This document shows positions 50,412 through 58,851 of a stretch of DNA of 64,000 nucleotides, in pieces. How positions within the stretch are numbered: position 1 is the first letter of the stretch; every line of letters begins with the position of its first letter. Under the pieces are notes generated by a model. The model was given only the letters and a program-made list of their open reading frames with translations, was not told the DNA's origin and ran no database searches. The translations under genes and the position numbers were made by a program. The stretch covers positions 18,784 to 82,783 of the forward strand of contig JAJXYD010000003.1 in assembly GCA_021780695.1 (NCBI GenBank), given 5' to 3'. This DNA comes from Deltaproteobacteria bacterium. GTDB taxonomy: Bacteria; Desulfobacterota; Syntrophobacteria; Syntrophobacterales; Syntrophobacteraceae.

Positions 50412-52643
50412 ATGATAAAGACTCTGGCTGTAATGACAAGCGGTGGTGATTCCCCCGGCATGAATGCCGCGGTGCGGGCCGTTGTGCGGCGCGCTCTCGA
50501 CAGGGGACTTCTGGTATACGGCATCTATTGCGGCTACGATGGGCTTTTGCGCGGCGGCGATCTGATAAGGCCTCTAAGGTGGCAGGATGTCGGAAATGTT
50601 ATGCAGCGCGGAGGTACTTTCCTGGGTACGGCCCGGTGCGAACAGTTTAGAACCGTCGAGGGCAGGCGGCGCGCGGTTGAAAACATTCTGGAGCGCGGCA
50701 TTGAGGCCCTCGTTGTGATCGGAGGCGACGGCTCCCTTACCGGAGCGCTTTTGCTTTCAAACGAATGGCCCGAGCATGTCGAAAAGATCGCTTCGAGCCG
50801 CCGCGACCTTCAACCGATGGTCGAACGGATTCCCGCGCTTCGGATAATGGGTCTTCCGGGCTCCATAGATAACGATCTTAGCGGTACCGATATGGCGATT
50901 GGGGTTGATACGGCTCTAAACCACATCGTGCGAGCCATAGACGACCTTTCCTCGACCGCGGCCTCCCATCAGCGCACCTTCGTAATAGAGACCATGGGAA
51001 GAAACTGCGGCTATCTCGCACTTGCGGCCACTCTGGCAACCGGGGCCTCATGGATGCTCATTCCTGAATGTTCCCTGGAATTGCATTGGCATCGGCGGAT
51101 GCTCGAGTGTCTGGATAATGCCCGTAAATTGGGACGGGGCCATCAGATGGTGGTGATCGCCGAAGGAGCAAGGCATCCCGACGGGTTGCGTATGGAATCG
51201 GGCGAGGTGCGCAAGCTCATCGCCGAAAAGCTCGGTCTGGAGGTCCGGCTCACCGTTTTGGGCCATGTCCAGCGTGGAGGCCCTCCCAGCGCTTTCGACC
51301 GGGTTCTTTCCGCGCGCCTGGGGGTAGCCGCCGTTGACCTTTTGGTAGACCAGCCCCACGTGCTTCATCAGCACATGGTGGGGGTTATCAAAAACAGGGT
51401 GGTGGCAACACCCCTGGTCGATGTGATCGAAAAGAGTCGGGAAATCCAGCGGCTGCTCGAAACCGGCGACTTTCCCAAGGCCAGGCAGTTGCGGGGGGAA
51501 GCCTTCGCAACGATGCTCGAACTGGTCGAGGCCTTGACCGCTGCCAGTCCCTCCAAGGAATCGGCCGGGCAGGGCAAAGTGGTCATTTTGACAGGAGGTG
51601 CCGATTCGCCGGGAATGAACGCGGCTCTTAGCATCGCCGCAAGGCGGTTGCTCGACTGCGGCGTTGCCGTTCTTGGCTCCAGGGATGAATTCGATGGGCT
51701 CGTTCACGGTGAGCTTACCGATCTCGAATGGAACGATCTTGCCGGTTGGATGGGCCGTCCCAGTTCCGATATCGGTACCGCGCGCTCCTCGCAGATCCTG
51801 GAAGATTTTGGAAAAATTGCCGAAAACATAACCAAATTCGATATAAAGGGAATTGTCGCCATTGGAGGGCTTGACACCTACCGCCATCTGCAGCGCTTTA
51901 CCGAAATGAGGGCTGATTTCCCCGAGTTAAACATCCCCGTGGTGCTCATTCCTGCCAGTATAGACAACAATCTGCCGGGAAGCGACTTGTGCGTGGGCTC
52001 TGATACCGCTCTAAACAATATCGTCGAATCGGTCGATAAAATTCGCGATACCGCCGGTGCTACAAGGCGCGCGTTCATAGTCGAGACAATGGGAAAGGAG
52101 TGCGGCTTTCTGGCTGCGATGGCCGCCTTGGCCGCGGGCGCCGATAAGGCCTACCTGCCCGAAACCGGAATCGGCCTCGCCGAATTAAACCGCGACGTCT
52201 CCGAGCTCAAGGAGAGCTTCGAGTCGGGAAATCGCATGGTAATATATATGCACAATGAAAATGCCTCTCACCACTACACGACCGACTTTCTGCGCAGACT
52301 GCTCGAAGAGGAGAGCAAAGATGAATTCGAGGTGCGAAGCGTAGTCCTGGGGCATGTTCAGCGCGGCGGCTCCCCCTCAGCTTTCGACAGGATCCTGGCG
52401 GGCAGGATAAGCGCGTTCGCCGCGGCCTCTCTTCTGGATTTAATCAAAAACGGCTCAAACGATGTGCTCGCCTTCGGCTTGAAGGAGGGTGCGGTGACCT
52501 CATGCCCCCTTTCCGAGGCCCTTGCCCAGCTTGATGCTCCCCACGGCCGGCCAAAAGACCAGTGGTTTATGGACCTTTTCCCCTATATTCACTCCCTGGC
52601 CAAAAACCGTCCATCCCGCCGGGGAGATACGGCCCGGTCCTAA
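50412..52643 (+). CDS. ATP-dependent 6-phosphofructokinase, tandem-duplicated (eukaryote-like, 743 aa)
   Basis: The N-half has TSGGDSPGMNAA, IGGDGSLTG, GSIDND and TMGRNCG. The C-half (from about 51573) repeats the fold as TGGADSPGMNAA, IGGLDT, ASIDNN and TMGKECG. Confidence 0.88.
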   Translation: MIKTLAVMTSGGDSPGMNAAVRAVVRRALDRGLLVYGIYCGYDGLLRGGDLIRPLRWQDVGNVMQRGGTFLGTARCEQFRTVEGRRRAVENILERGIEALVVIGGDGSLTGALLLSNEWPEHVEKIASSRRDLQPMVERIPALRIMGLPGSIDNDLSGTDMAIGVDTALNHIVRAIDDLSSTAASHQRTFVIETMGRNCGYLALAATLATGASWMLIPECSLELHWHRRMLECLDNARKLGRGHQMVVIAEGARHPDGLRMESGEVRKLIAEKLGLEVRLTVLGHVQRGGPPSAFDRVLSARLGVAAVDLLVDQPHVLHQHMVGVIKNRVVATPLVDVIEKSREIQRLLETGDFPKARQLRGEAFATMLELVEALTAASPSKESAGQGKVVILTGGADSPGMNAALSIAARRLLDCGVAVLGSRDEFDGLVHGELTDLEWNDLAGWMGRPSSDIGTARSSQILEDFGKIAENITKFDIKGIVAIGGLDTYRHLQRFTEMRADFPELNIPVVLIPASIDNNLPGSDLCVGSDTALNNIVESVDKIRDTAGATRRAFIVETMGKECGFLAAMAALAAGADKAYLPETGIGLAELNRDVSELKESFESGNRMVIYMHNENASHHYTTDFLRRLLEEESKDEFEVRSVVLGHVQRGGSPSAFDRILAGRISAFAAASLLDLIKNGSNDVLAFGLKEGAVTSCPLSEALAQLDAPHGRPKDQWFMDLFPYIHSLAKNRPSRRGDTARS

Positions 52644-53024
52644 AAACGGCCGTTTCCGGCTACATAGTTTTCATCTTTGCGCTTTGGGAACGAACGCGAT
52701 TACGCGGGGGTGGTAAAACCAGGAGATCAGTTAAGCAGGCGCCATTTTGTCCAAAGGCATGTCGACAGCGGAAAATTGTATCTGCAAGTCCAGGGTGGGC
52801 CCCGTTATAGGATCACCTCTGAAAATTTTACCTATAACTCCGGTAAAAAAACTCCCTCCCGCACGCATGAAACGATCGGCAACTTTGATGGGGGTGGACT
52901 CATCGAGTCCCCCGTGGCGACTGCCATAATATGCCTTTCAGGGCCGGTTCTGATAAAAATCTTCAAAAATTTTTATTGACGGAGTGGCCGGGAAAGCGCA
53001 CTAACCCGGCCTGTGTTTTCCTGC

Positions 53025-54368
53025 CTATTGCTCGTCGTTCATGTAGTAGTCGAGGCCGAAATGGGTTATCTGTTCTTCGCCCATGAGGTAGCGCAGGGTG
53101 TTTTTTAGCTTCATCGACTGGATGAACAGGTCGTGTTCGGGGTAGAGGCCCTCTTTGAACATCGGGCTCTTGAAATAAAACGAGAGCCACTCCTGGATGC
53201 CGCTCATCCCGGCCCTTTGCGCCAAATCCATGAACAACACCAGGTCGAGAATAAGGGGGGCGGCCAGAATGCTGTCGCGGCACTGAAAGTCCACCTTTAT
53301 CTGCATGGGATATCCGAGCCAGCCAAAAATGTCGATGCAGTCCCAGCCCTCTTTGTTATCTCCCCTGGGGGGGTAATAGTTTATGGTTACTTTGTGATAG
53401 TAGTTTTTGTAGAGGATGGGATAGAGCTGTGGCTGCAGGATGTGCTCGAGTACCGAGAGCTTGCTTTCCTCCTTTGTCTTGAACGACTCGGCATCGTCTA
53501 GGACCAGCCCGTCCCGGTTGCCGAGGATGTTGGTCGAATACCACCCCTCCAGCCCCAGCAACCGGGTCTTGAGACCGGGGGCCAGGATCGTCTTCATAAG
53601 CGTCTGACCCGTCTTGAAATCTTTTCCCGCAATCGGAGTTCCGGTGGAGTCGGCCAGGTCGATCATGCCGGGTATATCGATTGTCAGATTGGGGGCGCCG
53701 TTTATGAAGGCAACTCCGCTTTCCAAAGCCGCAAGACCGTAGAGCATGCTCGGGGCAATCCCGGGGTCGTTTTCATCTATGGCCTTTTGAAGAGAAGCGA
53801 TGGACTGATGGATTGGTCCCGGTTTTAAATGTATCTCCGTGCTCCCGCACCAGATCAGGACGCACCGGTCCACGCCGTTTCGGGCCTTGAAATCGGAAAT
53901 GTCGGCCTTTAACGCCTCGAGTTTGCCTCGTAACCCCGGGGCGTCCTTGACATGGCTTCCGTCCAGATTTTTTACAAACCGGCGGTCGAAAACCGCTTTC
54001 ATCGGGATAATTTCCTTAAGGAAATCCCGGATCGAGTCGAGATGATCGCGCCTTAGAACACGGGCAAAAAGGGCCGCCTCGAAGCAGTTGGCCTCATAGA
54101 TGTCCCAGCCGCCAAAGACGAGGTCGTCAAGTGCGGCCAGGGAAACGAAATCCTTTATCATCGGAGCCCTGCGTTCATAGCGTTTCCCAAGCCTGATGGT
54201 GCCAAGCTGGGTGAGTGAGCCCACGGGTGCGGCCAGACCCCGCCTGACAAGTTCCACCCCGGCTATGAAAGTCGTACTGACCGCGCCCCCTATGCCCGCT
54301 ATGAGGACTCCCAGCTTGCCTTTGGGCGCTGCGATATCGGCTCCCTTTTTCAAATTCCCTGCTTTCAC
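53025..54368 (-). CDS. inositol-3-phosphate synthase (myo-inositol-1-phosphate synthase family)
   Basis: GTG start overlapping the ogt stop (TAGTG). GVLIAGIGGAVSTTFIAG, SMLYGLAALESGVAFINGAPN, GKDFKTGQTLMKT, NILGNRDG, and AAPLILDLVLFMDLAQRAG...FYFKSPM closely resemble archaeal and bacterial MIPS. Confidence 0.85.
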   Translation of the reverse strand: MKAGNLKKGADIAAPKGKLGVLIAGIGGAVSTTFIAGVELVRRGLAAPVGSLTQLGTIRLGKRYERRAPMIKDFVSLAALDDLVFGGWDIYEANCFEAALFARVLRRDHLDSIRDFLKEIIPMKAVFDRRFVKNLDGSHVKDAPGLRGKLEALKADISDFKARNGVDRCVLIWCGSTEIHLKPGPIHQSIASLQKAIDENDPGIAPSMLYGLAALESGVAFINGAPNLTIDIPGMIDLADSTGTPIAGKDFKTGQTLMKTILAPGLKTRLLGLEGWYSTNILGNRDGLVLDDAESFKTKEESKLSVLEHILQPQLYPILYKNYYHKVTINYYPPRGDNKEGWDCIDIFGWLGYPMQIKVDFQCRDSILAAPLILDLVLFMDLAQRAGMSGIQEWLSFYFKSPMFKEGLYPEHDLFIQSMKLKNTLRYLMGEEQITHFGLDYYMNDEQ

Positions 54369-54985
54369 TAGTGAACCCCTCCATGAGAATGTATTCCGGA
54401 ATTGGATTTTACGTTCGTAAGGATTGTCTTACCGCTTGGATGCGGCACGTTTTCTACCGCTATCCCCTCGATCTCCAGTAAAGTCCGTTTGAGGGCAATC
54501 CCGCCCGAATAGCCGCCAAGCTTGCCGCCGCTGCCCACCACTCTGTGGCAGGCAACCAGGATAGGGACGGGGTTTCTGCCGCATGCCCCTCCTACCGCTC
54601 TCGAGGCGCCAGGCCTTCCGATCTTCGCCGCGATTTGTCCATACGAGCGCAACTGCCCGAAACCAATGTGTTGGAGCTCGCTCCACACCATCCGGTCAAA
54701 CCGGCTCCCCTTGCTCAAATCGAGAGCGATTTCAGGTATGGGCTCCCGCTTTTCGAGGTATCCGCGAAGAGAGGCCTTAGCGGTTTCGAGCAGGTGCGAG
54801 CCTGTTTCAAACAAGGGCGGGACGTTGGGATAGTGGTCCTGTAGCGCCGTTAATACGCTTTCTTCCGAGGGGCTCTCCTCGCCCAGAAACGCTACAAGCG
54901 CGATTCCCCCGGGACTTTGGGCGACCAGGAGCCATCCGAGCACGGTCTCGAATGTTATATAGGCCGGTTTGGTTTGCTCTTTCAT
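54368..54985 (-). CDS. ogt: methylated-DNA--protein-cysteine methyltransferase
   Basis: The ATG overlaps the stop of the upstream MBL gene (TAATG). SYGQIAAKIGRPGASRAVGGACGRNPVPILVACHRVVGSGGKLGGYSGG contains the active-site CHRV. The upstream part of track ORF 54368..55222 is discounted. Confidence 0.85.
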   Translation of the reverse strand: MKEQTKPAYITFETVLGWLLVAQSPGGIALVAFLGEESPSEESVLTALQDHYPNVPPLFETGSHLLETAKASLRGYLEKREPIPEIALDLSKGSRFDRMVWSELQHIGFGQLRSYGQIAAKIGRPGASRAVGGACGRNPVPILVACHRVVGSGGKLGGYSGGIALKRTLLEIEGIAVENVPHPSGKTILTNVKSNSGIHSHGGVH

Positions 54986-55626
54986 TACATATATTGGGCA
55001 ATGTAGGGATTTGTCTCGGCTTCGTGTTTTAAAGTCGATTGCGGGCTGTCTCCGTAATCGTGGCCGGGCCACACGACCGTTTGCGGCGGAAGCTTCCTTA
55101 CAAGTTCCTGGAGGGACTGGATAAGCTGTTCGTAAGAGCCTCCGGGAAAATCCGTGCGCCCCACGGCCCCCACAAAAAGAGTGTCCCCCGTAAAAAGGTT
55201 TCCGTCTATCAGGATGCAGCACCCCCCGGGGGTATGGCCCGGAGTGTGGAGAAATTTCATTTTCAGATTCCCAAAGGCCAGCTCGTCTCCGTCTTTTACC
55301 CGCACATCGGCTGGACCGGCTGCGTCAAAGCCCATGGTGCGGGAAAACATGATAATTTCGGGCCGTTGCGAAAAGGCATCGTCGAGTTCGTGCATGACAA
55401 CGCTTGCCCCGGTCGCTTCCCGGATGGCGCGGTTGCCGCTCGTGTGGTCGGGATGGGCGTGGGTATTGACGATGTAGCGAAGTTTTATGCCTTCCTGCCT
55501 GAGGTGCTCGACGAGCTCCTTCTCGTTTCCCGCAGGGTCGATCAGGATGCCTTCTTTTTGCTCCTCGTCGTAGACCAGGTAGCAAAATACCTGCATGGAA
55601 CCGACTGGAATCTGTTCTATTTTCAT
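54985..55626 (-). CDS. MBL-fold metallo-hydrolase (glyoxalase II-like)
   Basis: VNTHAHPDHTSGN, HTPGHTPG, TGDTLF.GAVGRTD. ATG at 55626 preceded by GGAGGAG. Confidence 0.85.
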   Translation of the reverse strand: MKIEQIPVGSMQVFCYLVYDEEQKEGILIDPAGNEKELVEHLRQEGIKLRYIVNTHAHPDHTSGNRAIREATGASVVMHELDDAFSQRPEIIMFSRTMGFDAAGPADVRVKDGDELAFGNLKMKFLHTPGHTPGGCCILIDGNLFTGDTLFVGAVGRTDFPGGSYEQLIQSLQELVRKLPPQTVVWPGHDYGDSPQSTLKHEAETNPYIAQYM

Positions 55627-55950
55627 GGACTCCTCCATCCTGGAAAATTCTTGTTCTTATTCTAACTCGGGTCAAAATGAACCAACTTGGCCAAAAAGTC
55701 AATCCAACGGCCGGGGGTATCGGGTTCTGAATCGGTAGTTGTTTTCTGGACCCGAATCTATCCGATAACCAAGCCCTTGCCTAAGGCTCTTTTGCGGGGA
55801 TATCCTCGCCTCGCTATTTTTTCCAAACGGCGATCGGTCCTTGGTTTGCCAATCTTTTCCCCGAGGAGTATCATGACTAAAAGTCCTGGAAAGAGTTTCA
55901 GGCTAATCGGGTCTGCCATGGACCCTGGAAGAATGGAGGCATTAAAGGCC

Positions 55951-56484
55951 ATGAAGGTGCTCAATCTTTATTTCTCGGCAACGGGCAACACGCAAAAGAT
56001 CGCTAAGCGCATTGAAGATACCCTGCGAGGGCAGGGCTTTGAGGTAGACACCTTGAAGATCGGAGCAGATTCTAATCCCGATATCCTTGCCTATGACCTT
56101 GTGTTTGCCGGCTCGGGCGTTTATCACTGGCTTCCCGGAAAACCCATGATGGAGCTTTTTGAAAAGCTTCTGAGTAGATACGTCGGCGAGGGGGAAATCA
56201 GGCCCGCCTCCCCCAGGCGTCAGGGCAAAAAAGCCGTGGTCTACTGCTCCTACGGCGGCGGCCATACGGGGGCAAATGAGGCGGTTCCCGCGGTAAAGTA
56301 CATTGGGCAGCTCTTCGATCATCTGGGTTATGAGGTGTTGGACGAGTGGTACTTCGTGGGAGAATACCTTAGAAAGCACCGGCCTATGTCCGTCAAAGGG
56401 CGTCTTGGAAATATAGAGGGCAGGCCCAATGATGCCGATTTGATGGAAGTTTCGGAAAAAGTGGCCGGTATTCTAAGAGTTTAG
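55951..56484 (+). CDS. flavodoxin-family protein
   Basis: MKVLNLYFSATGNTQKIAKRIEDTL...LVFAGSGVYHW. The start could be 55933 or further upstream. Confidence 0.7.
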   Translation: MKVLNLYFSATGNTQKIAKRIEDTLRGQGFEVDTLKIGADSNPDILAYDLVFAGSGVYHWLPGKPMMELFEKLLSRYVGEGEIRPASPRRQGKKAVVYCSYGGGHTGANEAVPAVKYIGQLFDHLGYEVLDEWYFVGEYLRKHRPMSVKGRLGNIEGRPNDADLMEVSEKVAGILRV

Positions 56485-56535
56485 ACTTTCCAGGGCCGGG
56501 TCGCGCCAACCTGCTGTCTGCATCCGTCGGATACT

Positions 56536-57348
56536 ATGGAGACTGTAAAAACCTCTAAACGCTGTAGTGATAAATCATCGGATTTGCCGGTTGTCCCTGA
56601 GTTTGCGGGATGTGCGGATTCCGGGTGGGCTTTAAAAGAGCATATACGCAAATTCTACGAGCACCTCTATCTAAGCGAAGGCGGAGGAGCGCGGGGGGTG
56701 GGGGGAAAACCTCTCGCCCTCGAACTGGGCTATCCCCGGAGGCTGGTCGAATCACTGCCCGATAAGCTGTGGAAGGATTTTTTGCCCTGCGGCAATGTGC
56801 TTTCCCTTATCCGTCCAAAGGACGGTGACAGGGTTTTGAACCTGGGGTGCGGGGCGGGGGTCGATTCAATACTTTTAAAGATGTCCCGGAGCGCCCGTTT
56901 TTCAGTCTTTAATCTCGATACCGCTTACCCGGCTTTGGTAAAAGCCAGGGATGCCGCCAGGGGGCTGGTTTCGGGCCAGGGCTTCCACGTTATGTGTTCG
57001 GAAGCAACCGCCCTTGTTTTTCCGTCTGATTTCTTTGACTGGATAATGCTAAATGGAGTCTTTAACCTCATTCCCGATAAAGGGGAATTGATCGAAGAGA
57101 TCAACCGGGTCTTAAAGCCGGGCGCAATACTTGCCGGAGCCGATTTGTGCCGAAAGCTCACTTTGCCCGGCTATTTCGCCTCCGAGCCCGATGCCTGGGC
57201 CTGGTGCATGAGCGGCGCCCTGTCGCGCAAGGAGTTGGTTGAACTATTCGAAAACGGCGGATTCTCCCTGCTTTCAACGGTTGGCGAAAATATGGATGAA
57301 TTCTTTGACCGTGTGGTTTTTTCCTTCCGTAAGATCCAATCCGGATAG
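56536..57348 (+). CDS. class I SAM-dependent methyltransferase, ArsM-like
   Basis: LGYPRRLVESLP...FLPCGNVLSL..PKDGDRVLNLGCGAGVDS ... AWCMSGAL resembles arsenite methyltransferases. The SNCVINL cysteine position reads LNGVFNL, i.e. Gly. Confidence 0.65.
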   Translation: METVKTSKRCSDKSSDLPVVPEFAGCADSGWALKEHIRKFYEHLYLSEGGGARGVGGKPLALELGYPRRLVESLPDKLWKDFLPCGNVLSLIRPKDGDRVLNLGCGAGVDSILLKMSRSARFSVFNLDTAYPALVKARDAARGLVSGQGFHVMCSEATALVFPSDFFDWIMLNGVFNLIPDKGELIEEINRVLKPGAILAGADLCRKLTLPGYFASEPDAWAWCMSGALSRKELVELFENGGFSLLSTVGENMDEFFDRVVFSFRKIQSG

Positions 57349-57373
57349 ACCGGGAACCCAAAAACTGCCGGGC

Positions 57374-57676
57374 TTAGTCCCCTGCGTGTTCGTCTACCAT
57401 CGAGATCGCCCCCGCGGGGCATTCCTGCGCGCAAATACCGCATCCCTTGCAGTAATCGTAGTCGATCTCTACCGGGATGGTCCTGGTGACGATTCCTTCC
57501 GGACAATACATCCAGCAAAGAAAACAGGACTTTTTGCCGGTTTTGGACGGAATGCATTTAGAGTTGTCTATCTCAGGGCGAGAAGATCTCCAGTCGCCGG
57601 TTTTCCCGCCTTCGGCCTTGCACAGTTTCGATCTTGCAACGGTGAAGGGGTCGTTGTGAGCTTTAACAGGTTCCAT
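57374..57676 (-). CDS. porD: 2-oxoacid:ferredoxin oxidoreductase delta subunit (4Fe-4S ferredoxin-type)
   Basis: 100 aa. GDWRSSRPEIDNSKC...C..C...CPEG and DYDYCKGCGICAQECPAGAI. Confidence 0.85.
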   Translation of the reverse strand: MEPVKAHNDPFTVARSKLCKAEGGKTGDWRSSRPEIDNSKCIPSKTGKKSCFLCWMYCPEGIVTRTIPVEIDYDYCKGCGICAQECPAGAISMVDEHAGD

Positions 57677-57747
57677 CTAGTTTTCCTTTTTTCCCGGGGG
57701 GCCGCAAAAGCCGTCCGAGCTATGGGATAGCCTCCGGGGTTCCAAAC

Positions 57748-58323
57748 TCAGGCCCGGGAAACAACCGTTCCCTTGGATGCCAGTTGTGCGCCCAGGATGT
57801 TTTTCTCGCATGCCCCCGCCTTGAAGTGTTCCCGCAGCGCCCTTTCAATGTTGTCCATGCTTATTAGCCCGGTGGCGCTGGAAAAACCCCCCAAAATGGC
57901 CGTGTTGAATAAAACGGTTCCGGATATGATCAGACCGGCCTCGGTGGCCCAACGGGTTGCATCTGTCACCGCAACGCGCACCGGGGCCCGAAGGGCAATC
58001 CGGTCGGGGGTCTTCTTGCTGTTTATAATGACGATGCCCTCGGCCCTTATGCCTGCCGTGACGTCTACCACCCGCAGGATCGTCTCGTCTAATACCACCA
58101 CTATCGAGGGCTTTTGGACAAGCGATAGGGTCCTGACCGGGTCTTTCGCGAACCTGTTTGTGGCTATGACCGGCGCGCCTCTTCTCTCGGCTCCGAAAAA
58201 AGGAGCCGCCGTCACGCCCTTGAATCCCTCATAAAAGGCTGCCTGAGCCAGGATCTCCGCGGCTGTTACCGCTCCCTGACCACCCCGCCCGTGCCACCTG
58301 ACTTCGATGTAATTAGTGTCCAT
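57748..58323 (-). CDS. porG: 2-oxoacid:ferredoxin oxidoreductase gamma subunit
   Basis: IEVRWHGRGGQGAVTAAEILAQAA...FFGAERRGAPV. 191 aa. Confidence 0.88.
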   Translation of the reverse strand: MDTNYIEVRWHGRGGQGAVTAAEILAQAAFYEGFKGVTAAPFFGAERRGAPVIATNRFAKDPVRTLSLVQKPSIVVVLDETILRVVDVTAGIRAEGIVIINSKKTPDRIALRAPVRVAVTDATRWATEAGLIISGTVLFNTAILGGFSSATGLISMDNIERALREHFKAGACEKNILGAQLASKGTVVSRA

Positions 58324-58646
58324 TAAACGGCGACCTCATTTTCTCTTTTCATTTTTTGCAGAGCCGATTAATAGCTTTTTAATGGTGTGGAGTCAACCTT
58401 AGTCGCGCCCGGTTTTTTACCCGGGCCGGGGTTTGTTCACTTTTCGATCTCCCGCGCCGTGCCGGCGTGGCGATGAATCGTTTGTGGTCTTAGACCATAC
58501 ACTACTGTATGTAAAATCCTTCAGTTTTGCCCTTATTTTTATCCTGCATATCTTTTTAAAATTTTTCCTCATCGGAAAAATTTCGCTGTTCCTCCGCGCA
58601 GGGATTGCGCGCTTACATTACCGATCCGTGCTGTTTGGAACTCGGT

Positions 58647-58662
58647 TGGTATCATTATTGCT
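58647..58662 (+). promoter_or_regulatory. candidate sigma54 (-24/-12) promoter TGGTATCATTATTGCT
   Basis: GG and GC elements at the consensus spacing (TGG-N9-TTGC). About 190 nt upstream of the ATG at 58852. Confidence 0.35.
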
Positions 58663-58851
58663 CTCCGATCGCCGGATATTCATCTCAAAAAAAACCGATC
58701 GTATTTCGAAAGGCAAGGGACGCCACAACCCCTCTGTGCGGTTGTGTCGGTGAGGTGTGGCCCGGGTCTGTGAAACCGCGCGGGCTTGCCCTGCGCGGCC
58801 GGAACCGAGCCCTCCTCGTTTATCAGAACGACTGTATTCAAGGAAGATTCT

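Noticed and set aside
54986-55222. An N-terminal extension of the ogt ORF up to 55222.
   Set aside because: It overlaps the MBL hydrolase gene out of frame. The canonical Ogt N-domain begins at MKEQTKPAY, whose ATG overlaps the MBL stop.
56536-57348. Calling the methyltransferase arsM.
   Set aside because: One of the three conserved arsenite-binding cysteines appears to be replaced by Gly and there is no ars operon context, so it is kept as ArsM-like only.
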